Positions 54,126 through 62,164 of a stretch of DNA of 64,000 nucleotides are shown here, piece by piece (position 1 is the stretch's first letter; every line of letters starts with the position of its first letter). A model generated the notes under the pieces. It was not told where the DNA came from and made no database searches. It worked only from the letters and a program-made list of their open reading frames with translations. Source of the stretch: Eggerthellaceae bacterium (GTDB taxonomy: Bacteria; Bacteroidota; Bacteroidia; Bacteroidales; Marinilabiliaceae); contig CAVGTO010000002.1 of NCBI GenBank assembly GCA_963631865.1, forward strand, positions 7,054 through 71,053. The letters run 5' to 3'. Made by a program: the position numbers and the translations under genes.

Positions 54126-55451
54126 AAATGTCTTGAAGCTCGGTATCTGGTTCATCATGACGTACGAGTCGTCCTGTACAATGAGGTTGCCGCTATTGTC
54201 GCAGGCAAGGAAGAGCATCGAGTTGACCTCATACTTGCCGCCGCCGTCCCAACCGAACTTGCCACCCGTCTCGGATGTCATCTCCATGGTGAGCGAACCC
54301 GAGAGGTTGAAGTAGTAATATCCGTTGCTGAGCTGCGAAGGGATCATCATAAGGTAACCGTACTCGCCCGTCGGGTCTACGCAATACTGCGCGGGGAAAG
54401 ACATGTAGCCGGTAGTCTTGTCATACTCGCAATACATATGATATTCCAGCACGCCCTCGGTGGTCGAGATGGAGATTACGCAACTGTCGCGGACGGCCTC
54501 GGTCATGCGCACGGCCTCGGCTTTGCTCATCTCCAAGAGGATGGATATATCAGTGCCCGAGTAGTTGACCGTTCCGAGCCACTGGCCAACCCATGAGTCG
54601 TAGCTCATAATGTCGCCCGTAGTGGTGCCCGCGAGGGTCACATTGCCCGAAGTGAAAGTCTTGCTATCCTTGGCATAAGCGAAGGACGAGATCTCCTGAC
54701 CGCCGACATATACGGGAGCCTGGAGCTCGATGCCGCTCGGAGTGAGGATATAAGCGCGCTCCATGGTTGAGTCGGAGGTCGCAATGGCGAGGCGACGGGT
54801 CTGCACGTCAATCTCGGCAGTGCCGGCAGTGGCACCCGTCGAAGTCACGTTATACGCGTAAGGCATGGCGTCGGTTATCTCCTTAATGCCAGCGAGATAG
54901 TCAACCCACTTGGTCGATGCGTCCATTGGCACCATGGTCATCTTATTGCCCCACTTCTTGCCCTTGAGGACAATCTTGTCCGCCGAGTAGCTCATGACGA
55001 TGAACTCATAGTCACCCTGGTCACCATCGACGTCGCTCTGATAAGGCTGCGCGAAGTAATGAATGATGTCGTTGGCCGTATTGAAGGTCAAGACGGGACC
55101 CATGTCATGCTCAATGTCGTAGCTCGACGAGCAGACAGTTTCGGGGGTCGTAACGGAGATATAGGGCGAGAAGAGGTCTCCCGACACGCTCACCTTGCCC
55201 TTGTCGTTGAAACTGAGGAGGAAAGTGAAGCCGCCGGCATAATCCTCGCCATAGTAGTATGAGAGGCGCCAGCCATTCTCGGCCGAGGTGAGGATCTCAC
55301 GGATGTCGGCCTCAGCCTGCTCGGCGCGCTCGGCAGCCGATACGCCGTCGAAGTAGTCGGTATCGTCGTGGAGGCACGAGGTCAGCGATGTCGCGGAGAG
55401 CGACACGAGTGCGGCCGCCATGCCAAGATATTTGAGGTTTCGCATATTCAT
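54114..55451 (-). CDS. DUF4302-like lipoprotein (PUL accessory, function unknown)
   Basis: Lipobox 'SLTSC' and N-terminal helical 'SAAERAEQAEADIREILTSAENGWRLSYYYG'. The family name is from recollection. Confidence 0.5.
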   Translation of the reverse strand: MNMRNLKYLGMAAALVSLSATSLTSCLHDDTDYFDGVSAAERAEQAEADIREILTSAENGWRLSYYYGEDYAGGFTFLLSFNDKGKVSVSGDLFSPYISVTTPETVCSSSYDIEHDMGPVLTFNTANDIIHYFAQPYQSDVDGDQGDYEFIVMSYSADKIVLKGKKWGNKMTMVPMDASTKWVDYLAGIKEITDAMPYAYNVTSTGATAGTAEIDVQTRRLAIATSDSTMERAYILTPSGIELQAPVYVGGQEISSFAYAKDSKTFTSGNVTLAGTTTGDIMSYDSWVGQWLGTVNYSGTDISILLEMSKAEAVRMTEAVRDSCVISISTTEGVLEYHMYCEYDKTTGYMSFPAQYCVDPTGEYGYLMMIPSQLSNGYYYFNLSGSLTMEMTSETGGKFGWDGGGKYEVNSMLFLACDNSGNLIVQDDSYVMMNQIPSFKTFEAL

Positions 55452-55479
55452 CTAAGAGAGAGAAAGTGCTCTGATTTTT

Positions 55480-56385
55480 TTACTTGAGGGTCTCGAGGTC
55501 CAGTCGGTCGAGCTCGTCGGCGCGGTGAAGCACGGCGTCGCGGAGGGCGTCGATGTCGAGGTTCCAATAGTCCTGCATATAAGTGCGGATGATGGAGAGC
55601 TTCTGCTCAATGGCCTGACGCGCAGTGATATTCTCGGTCAGGACGTTGTCGCCAGCCTCCTCAAGTATGCTCTCCCACGTCTCGGGAGTCTCGGTGACGT
55701 AGTAGGCCATCATCTCCGCGAAGTCCTCACGCGCCTCGCTCATGGCGTAGCCCGAGACGAAGCCCTTCTTGTGGGCGTCGGAGTCCTCGATGTCGTACCA
55801 GTCGCCGGATACGTACTCGGAGGTCGTAATCTTGTCAAACTGGCTGTCGTAGGGCTTCTTCTGGTTGAGGATGTGGGTGAACTCGTGGTGCATGGTGTGG
55901 AAGTAATACGAGTTGAGCATCGTATAGTCCTGGAGCATGCTCTCAGTGAGGGAGTTAACCATATAGAGCGTCACCTTATAGCCGCCCTCGGCAGTACCGA
56001 GCACGAAGGTGCCCGTGGTGTTGTAGGCGGGCGAACCAATGAGGTGGATCACGCGCGGCACGTTGCTCTTGACGAAGTCCGGACCGACGACCTCGGCGTA
56101 GGCATCCAACCAGAGGTATTTGATGATGATGCAGAGCTTGGCGCTCTTGGCCGAATCGGCGGGCGTGAGGTTGTAGCTCATGTCGCTCTCGATATCCTCC
56201 ATCTTATACTTTACCTCGATGTTATAGGGGTAAGTGTAGTTCTCGAGGAGCCACTGGTCGAACGCGTCACGCTCGGGCGCGTCCGTGGAATAGATGGTCT
56301 CGCCATCCGGCTCGTCGTTGTCGCACGAGGCCAGCGACAGGCAGGCTGCCGCGGCCGCGAGGAATATGTATATGTATTTCTTCAT
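55480..56385 (-). CDS. Substrate-import-associated zinc metallohydrolase lipoprotein
   Basis: Lipobox 'SLASC' and 'FHTMHHEFTHILNQ' (HExxH). Lies immediately downstream of SusD. ATG at 56385 (the track start at 56391 is a GTG). Confidence 0.7.
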   Translation of the reverse strand: MKKYIYIFLAAAAACLSLASCDNDEPDGETIYSTDAPERDAFDQWLLENYTYPYNIEVKYKMEDIESDMSYNLTPADSAKSAKLCIIIKYLWLDAYAEVVGPDFVKSNVPRVIHLIGSPAYNTTGTFVLGTAEGGYKVTLYMVNSLTESMLQDYTMLNSYYFHTMHHEFTHILNQKKPYDSQFDKITTSEYVSGDWYDIEDSDAHKKGFVSGYAMSEAREDFAEMMAYYVTETPETWESILEEAGDNVLTENITARQAIEQKLSIIRTYMQDYWNLDIDALRDAVLHRADELDRLDLETLK

Positions 56386-56399
56386 AATCACTTTACGTC

Positions 56400-57962
56400 T
56401 TATCTCGGGTTTGCCGTCATGCCTGCGGAGAGGACGTCCTGCGGGAGCTGGATGGCCAGACGCGGGTCGCGAGCCTCCATGGTGTCGGTGACCTCAGACA
56501 CGGAAGTCTCGTTGGCAAGGGTTCGGCGATACATCGTTATGCCATATCGCTTGACGTCCTGGAGGCGGAGGCCCTCATGGAGGCCAACAATGCGGCGGAG
56601 GTGGAGGATGCACTGAAGAAGTGGCTCCTCGGTGGTCGACTCGATGGCGAAAGGAGCGTTGAAACGCTTCTTGGGCGAGCCGGATGTGGCTGTGTAATAA
56701 GGGACGCTCTCGGTGTAGAACGATACGATCTTATCGAGAGTCAGGGTTACACCAGTGGAGGAGAAAGCCGAGAGCTCGGAATTGATGTCGGCCACGGCCT
56801 CGTCATACTTACCCTGGCGTGCATAAGCCTCGGCGCGCTCCAGGAGGAGGAGGTCGGAACTGAAGACGGCATACTCGGTATGCGCGTAGCCGATGCCAGA
56901 CTGGATGTCGGTGTACTCGAAGGCGTGGGGTATCTTACGGAAGATATACTTAGAGAGAGCCGAGTTATACCAGACGGTGTAGTTGAAGACGTCGTCGGAC
57001 GTGCCCCATGGGCCGGGCGACTGGAGGGTCTCGAGCTTCGAGATGAGCTGTCCGTGGGCATACTTGGCACCTACGTTATACGGTCCGCTGATGGCTCCCC
57101 ACTGCGAGTAGACAGTCGTCAGGAGGAGGTTGGCCGTGACGTTCGAGTTGATGAAGGCGTTAGGCTGGACGTTGCCGTTGGCCGAAAGCTCGTTCATGGC
57201 CGCCCAGTCGCGGAGCATGGCCTCGGGGTTGGTGCCGAGGACTCGCGTGGCGTAGGTGACGGCCTTGTCCATCTTGCCATAGTAGAGGTAGAAACGCGCT
57301 GCGAAGGCTGCCGCCGACGAGGGCGTGAAGTGGAACTTCGGATGGTCGTATGAGTTGCCGACGAGGCTGATGCCCTCTGTGATGTCGGCGTCGATGTGAG
57401 CGTAGAGCTCGGCGAGAGTTCCGCGCTCATATTGCTCACCCACGTTCTCCTCAGGCTGCTCGGGATATGGGAGGCCGAGGTCGGTAGAGGCCGTGCTCTC
57501 GTCATACGCCATGCAGAAGACGTTTGCCATCTGGAACATTGCGAAGGCGCGGCACAGGAGGGCCTCACCCTTTTGCTCGGCGTAGTCGCTCTGGTCGTCG
57601 AGGCTGTTGATGTACTTGAGGGCCTCGTTGGCTGTGCCCACGGCGGAGTAGCCCGCCTGCCAGATTCGCTGGGGAGTCTCGTTGTCGCTGGTCTCGGTGA
57701 TGTCCTCCCAACGGAAGGCCTGACCTTGGAACTTGGTATACTCCGTCCAGCCGGTGCCGACGATGTTGTCGGTATTGTCAGAATACATCTCGAGGAGATA
57801 CGCCGGATGGATCTGCGGATACGCCGAGACGAGCAGACGGCTCACCTCCGAGGCGTTCTTGAGCTCCATTCGGTTGTCGGGCAACTCGTCGAGGTAGTCG
57901 TTGCACGCCGTCATGGCGAGCGCCATGGCCGCGGCTGCTGCTATGTATGTTGCTTGTTTCAT
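56400..57962 (-). CDS. SusD/RagB family lipoprotein
   Basis: Lipobox 'AMTACNDYLDELPDNR', 520 aa, TPR-like N-terminal half. Confidence 0.85.
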   Translation of the reverse strand: MKQATYIAAAAAMALAMTACNDYLDELPDNRMELKNASEVSRLLVSAYPQIHPAYLLEMYSDNTDNIVGTGWTEYTKFQGQAFRWEDITETSDNETPQRIWQAGYSAVGTANEALKYINSLDDQSDYAEQKGEALLCRAFAMFQMANVFCMAYDESTASTDLGLPYPEQPEENVGEQYERGTLAELYAHIDADITEGISLVGNSYDHPKFHFTPSSAAAFAARFYLYYGKMDKAVTYATRVLGTNPEAMLRDWAAMNELSANGNVQPNAFINSNVTANLLLTTVYSQWGAISGPYNVGAKYAHGQLISKLETLQSPGPWGTSDDVFNYTVWYNSALSKYIFRKIPHAFEYTDIQSGIGYAHTEYAVFSSDLLLLERAEAYARQGKYDEAVADINSELSAFSSTGVTLTLDKIVSFYTESVPYYTATSGSPKKRFNAPFAIESTTEEPLLQCILHLRRIVGLHEGLRLQDVKRYGITMYRRTLANETSVSEVTDTMEARDPRLAIQLPQDVLSAGMTANPR

Positions 57963-58022
57963 TATTTACTTCTTTTCTTGTTCTACGCCAGGGGGGGGGA
58001 CCCCGCCGATGTCACCCCTTTT

Positions 58023-58050
58023 CAGTTCACAGTTAGCAGTTCACAGTTAC
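58023..58050 (+). repeat. (CAGTTNN)x4 array in the SusC-SusD spacer
   Basis: cagttca cagttag cagttca cagttac. Confidence 0.8.
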
Positions 58051-58132
58051 TGGAACTTTGAGAGATAATCTGAGGCTAAATCCCAAGGTTAGCATAACTG
58101 TTAGTTACTTACGGGGAAAATTCCAGTTAGGG

Positions 58133-58190
58133 ACGCCCGGGCTCGCGCCGCCGGGCTAACTTACCACGCCCCTTTGGGGCTTCGTTACCT
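58133..58190 (+). repeat. GC-rich double-hairpin repeat, copy D
   Basis: cgcccgggctcgcgccgccgggctaacttaccacgcccctttggggcttcgttacc. Confidence 0.65.
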
Positions 58191-58229
58191 CGCCTACAGT
58201 CTTTTAAAGTTACATAGGGGAAAAAACGG

Positions 58230-58264
58230 CAACTGTGAACTGTGCACTGAGCACTGTTAACTGC
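58230..58264 (-). repeat. Heptamer array (AACTG orientation) ending 1 nt before the SusC stop, inverted relative to 58023-58050
   Basis: caactgt gaactgt gcactga gcactgt taactgc. Confidence 0.8.
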
Positions 58265-58265
58265 T

Positions 58266-61200
58266 TTAGAGTCCCACCTTGAGGGTCAGAGTGAACTGCT
58301 TAGGCATAGGAGAGGCGACACCGCCGGCGTTCATAAACTCGGGGTCCTGACCGTTGAGCTTCTTATCCGCATAGATAAGGAAGAGGTTGGTGGCCTGGAG
58401 CTTGAGCTGAATCTTCTCCACCGGGGTATCCTCAAACCACCTCTTGGGGCAGTCGTAGGCAAGGGAGATCTCCTTCATGCGGATGAAGTCGCCCTTGGCG
58501 ATGCGCTCCGTGGAGTAGTTGTAGGCGTTGTAGGCGTAGCGAATCTGGCTGTTGTTCTTATACTGACGGTAGCTGACAATGGCGGGAACGTTAGTCTTGT
58601 CCTCGTCGCCAGGGTTGACCCAACGGTTACGGAAGACACCCGTCATTGAGGTCATGTCGGTATAAGATGCCGCGAAGACAGGGTCAAGGCGAACGACATT
58701 GCCAAAGGCGTATGTCATGAAGATGTTGAGGCTGAAGCCCTTATACGAGAACGTATTGGTGAGCGAACCGTTGATTGTCGGGTCCGTCGGGCCCTCATAC
58801 TTGAGGTAGTCGGTCTTGTCGCGCTCCTGGAAGTTGATGTCGTAGACGGTCTCGACCTTGTTCTCGTTGATGAAGCGCGGCATACCGTCCTCCGTCAGTC
58901 CTACGAAAGGAATGGAGAAGAGCGCGCGCACAGGGTAACCCTTCATGGCGAAGCCCGAGCCAGCCACCATGTCTATCACGCGGCCCTGGTTGTAGAGGTC
59001 AGTAATCTCGGTCTCGTTGTGCGAGAAGACGAGGCTCGTGCCCCACGAGAAGTCGCCGCGCTTGATGTTGGTGGATGAGATAGAGACCTCCTGGCCCCAG
59101 CTCTTCATCTTACCCTGGTTGGCGTAGCGGATAATCTCGCCGCCGACACCCTGGGTGGCCACGGGCACAATCTCGTCGAAGTTGCGACGGGTGTAGACAT
59201 CGAAGGTCACGTTGACGCGGTCGTTGAGGATTCCGGCGTCGAAACCGAAGTTGAACTCGTTCTTCTTCTCATAGGTGAGGCCCGCGTCGGCAAGACTCTC
59301 GACCTGGATGCCGGACTCGCGGTCCGACGAGAAGGGACGGTAGGGATTGTAGCTGCGGAGGATGGCCGTCGAGCTCGAGTAGTCGGCGCTCGGGGGAGTA
59401 CCCGTAAGGCTATACGAAGCGCGGAGCGTCAAGTGAGAGAGGGGAGCCCAGTTCTCGAAGAAATCCTCCTCATGGGCGTTCCAGCTGGCCGAGACGTTCC
59501 ACGTTGGCATCCAACGGGCGTTGGAGTTCTTGCCAAGCTGGTTAGAACCCTCGTAACGGTAGGTGCCGTTGACGACGTACTTGCCTTTGAAGGAATAAGT
59601 GGCGTTGGCATAGAAGGCCACGCTGCGCGAATTGGTGTTCGAGAGGGTGTAGTAGTCAGAATTCTCCTCCACGAGTTTCTTGAAATAGGTGTACTCGAAG
59701 TAGGGAATCTCGCCACTCTCATACTGCATGCCCCAGCCGTTGAACCAAGTGCGGGTGCGCTTGATACCCGTGGTCTCGAGACCTGCGAAGAGGTTTACGA
59801 TATGGGTGTTGGCAAAGGTGTTGTTGTACTGGCCGGTGACGCGGAAATCGACGTCAGTCATGCGGTTGTCGGTGCGCTGGTAGATGCCGCCCTCGGGGAG
59901 GACGGAGATGGGGAGCGCGTAAGCGTCATCGGGGTCGGTGTAGAGGAGCACGTTGGCGTCGCGGATGATGAGGTTGTCCATGGCGCGGTAGGCGAGAGCC
60001 TGGTTGCTGTTGTCCTTAATCTTGTGCTCCTGGGTCGTGGCACTGTATTTGAGGGCGCCGAGGACAGCGAACTCGAGGCCGTTGATGGGTTTGTAGCGCA
60101 CTTCGCCTTGGAACTTGACGTCGGCCACGTTGAGGTCGATATAGTTGTTCGAGAGCTCGTTGAAGATATTGAACTTGGCGTAGTTGGCGTGGTAATAGGT
60201 GTCGGGGTCGAGGGTGCGGCTGGTGTTCAACGCGTAGGAGTACGGGTTGATGTCGAAGTCGCGCTTGACCTCGCCGGATACCACGTCGACATCCTGGCCA
60301 ATGGTGCCCGGCGCGCTCTGCTTACGGTAGGCGGCTGAGCCTATGCCGTTGAAGGTGAGGCCGTCCAGGATATGGTGCGTGACGTTGAAGTTGGCCGTGA
60401 AACGCTTGACGTCGCTATCGAGATACCAACCCGGGTCCACCATGGCGGAGAGAGACGCGTAGTAGTTGCTCTTCTCTGTGCCGCCGCTCATGGATATTGA
60501 GTGGTTCTGCATGACGGCGAGGGAGAAGAGCTCCTTGAACCAGTTGGTGTTGCGTCGCTCGGCCTGCTGGAGGTATGCGTTGCGCGCCTCCTGAGTGTTC
60601 TGGAGGGCGAAGAGGCCGGTCTTGCTGTCGTATGTGTTGATGAGCTCATACATCTTGCCATAGACGCCGTAGTCCGAGCCGTTGAGGACGTCGGAGAGGT
60701 TCAGCCAGCCTTTCTGCTCCATCTCCTTATAGATGCCCATCTGCTCCTGCGAGTTGAGGATGTCGAAGTTGCGGTATGAAGGGATGAGGCGGGTGGTGAA
60801 CTCGCCGTTGTAGCTGAAGTGCGCCTGGCCGGCCTTGCCCTTCTTGGTAGTCACGACAATGACGCCAGCCATGGCCCTCGCGCCATAGATAGATGTCGCC
60901 GAACCATCCTTAAGGATCTGGAAACTCTCGATATCGTCCGAGTTGAGGCCCGCGATGGCCGAGCTGATAAGGGTCTCGGCATCGCCCGAGCTGAGATCGT
61001 CGGCCGATACGTCGGACACGTCTTCCATAATCACGCCGTCCACAACCCACAGCGGCTTGGAGCTGCCATAGATAGACGTAGCGCCACGGACGCGAATCTT
61101 AGGAGCCGAGCCGAAAGTGCCGCTGACGTTCTGCACCGACACGCCGGCCGCCTTGCCCTCGAGCGAGCGGCTGATGTCCGCCACGCCGCTGAGCTTGGTG

Positions 61201-61586
61201 TTCTCTGCGTCGAGTTTGCTGGTGGCGCCGGTGAAGAGGCGGCGGTCAGTCTTCTGGAGACCGGTGACGACGACTTCCTCGAGGGCCACGCCTGCGGTCA
61301 TGACAATCTTCATGTCCTTGGCGGGCGAGAGGGTCTGCGTGTCCATGCCCAAATAAGATACTTGAATTTTGGAGCCTGCCGGCACCTGGAGGCTGAAGAG
61401 GCCGTCGAAGTCCGTTACCGTGCCCGTGGTGGTGCCCTCTACGATGACCGCCGCGCCGATTATTGGCTGGCCGTCATCCTTGGCTATAACCACACCCGAA
61501 GCCGTGACCTCGCTTTGCGCCATAGTCGAGACCGCTGTCAGGACCATGGCCACGAACATAGCCACACGCTTAGTGACTGTTCGCAC
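58266..61586 (-). CDS. SusC/RagA family TonB-linked outer-membrane transporter
   Basis: 'GVVIAKDDGQPIIGAAVIVEGTTTGTVTDFDGLFSL' and a barrel ending 'TLKVGL'. The ORF is open to a GTG at 61658. The GTG at 61586 (MRTVTKRVAMFVAMVLTAVSTMAQ) or the ATG at 61559 gives a sensible signal peptide. Confidence 0.85.
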   Translation of the reverse strand: MRTVTKRVAMFVAMVLTAVSTMAQSEVTASGVVIAKDDGQPIIGAAVIVEGTTTGTVTDFDGLFSLQVPAGSKIQVSYLGMDTQTLSPAKDMKIVMTAGVALEEVVVTGLQKTDRRLFTGATSKLDAENTKLSGVADISRSLEGKAAGVSVQNVSGTFGSAPKIRVRGATSIYGSSKPLWVVDGVIMEDVSDVSADDLSSGDAETLISSAIAGLNSDDIESFQILKDGSATSIYGARAMAGVIVVTTKKGKAGQAHFSYNGEFTTRLIPSYRNFDILNSQEQMGIYKEMEQKGWLNLSDVLNGSDYGVYGKMYELINTYDSKTGLFALQNTQEARNAYLQQAERRNTNWFKELFSLAVMQNHSISMSGGTEKSNYYASLSAMVDPGWYLDSDVKRFTANFNVTHHILDGLTFNGIGSAAYRKQSAPGTIGQDVDVVSGEVKRDFDINPYSYALNTSRTLDPDTYYHANYAKFNIFNELSNNYIDLNVADVKFQGEVRYKPINGLEFAVLGALKYSATTQEHKIKDNSNQALAYRAMDNLIIRDANVLLYTDPDDAYALPISVLPEGGIYQRTDNRMTDVDFRVTGQYNNTFANTHIVNLFAGLETTGIKRTRTWFNGWGMQYESGEIPYFEYTYFKKLVEENSDYYTLSNTNSRSVAFYANATYSFKGKYVVNGTYRYEGSNQLGKNSNARWMPTWNVSASWNAHEEDFFENWAPLSHLTLRASYSLTGTPPSADYSSSTAILRSYNPYRPFSSDRESGIQVESLADAGLTYEKKNEFNFGFDAGILNDRVNVTFDVYTRRNFDEIVPVATQGVGGEIIRYANQGKMKSWGQEVSISSTNIKRGDFSWGTSLVFSHNETEITDLYNQGRVIDMVAGSGFAMKGYPVRALFSIPFVGLTEDGMPRFINENKVETVYDINFQERDKTDYLKYEGPTDPTINGSLTNTFSYKGFSLNIFMTYAFGNVVRLDPVFAASYTDMTSMTGVFRNRWVNPGDEDKTNVPAIVSYRQYKNNSQIRYAYNAYNYSTERIAKGDFIRMKEISLAYDCPKRWFEDTPVEKIQLKLQATNLFLIYADKKLNGQDPEFMNAGGVASPMPKQFTLTLKVGL

Positions 61587-61717
61587 ACAATGGAGATAGA
61601 GTGACAAGTAGGATAAGTTTTTCACTAGGTTTGTTTCCAATGGAGAAAAAATCAACACTCGATTACGTAATATGAATATATCTTAACGAATTCGTACCAA
61701 GTATTGCATTTTTGCTC

Positions 61718-61725
61718 CAAAACTA
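61718..61725 (-). promoter_or_regulatory. Candidate -7 box TAGTTTTG upstream of the second SusC
   Basis: The reverse complement of caaaacta matches TAnnTTTG, in the A/T-rich 500-bp spacer. Confidence 0.35.
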
Positions 61726-62072
61726 TGGACTACAAGTTAATTTCCCAAGAAAGCAGATGCATAAATATGTATTATTAACATCTGTCGCGCCATTATGACA
61801 CGCCACTCCACGCTGTTCGCTGTATTTCAATATAAGTTTGCCATCGTTTGCACACCACGAACACCACACCCGCTTTTAACTTTTAGTCCACTTCGCACGT
61901 TTTCTTCAACCCCCACTTTGCATTTTTATGCCTTTATGAGCCAAATGGACGTGCTTGTTGTATTTGGGAATTTTAACAAAAAGGGCCTGAATGACTTTTT
62001 TACCACAAGGGTTGGATTACTTCCGGCAATCTTCGACAATTCAAAACAAACCTTATCCCCCAATCCCCCCCA

Positions 62073-62111
62073 CAAAAAAATCCCCCCGCGGCCACAAAAA
62101 ACCGCAGGGGG
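62073..62111 (-). terminator. Rho-independent terminator after the BspA-like gene
   Basis: On the minus strand, CCCCCTGCGG-ttttttgtgg-CCGCGGGGGG followed by ATTTTTTT. Confidence 0.6.
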
Positions 62112-62126
62112 CTAAATCATTCTCCC

Positions 62127-62164
62127 GCTAACTGTTAACCGCTAACTGTTAACTGAAAACTAAC
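62127..62164 (-). repeat. Heptamer array abutting the stop at 62165
   Basis: gctaact gttaacc gctaact gttaact gaaaact aac. Confidence 0.8.
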
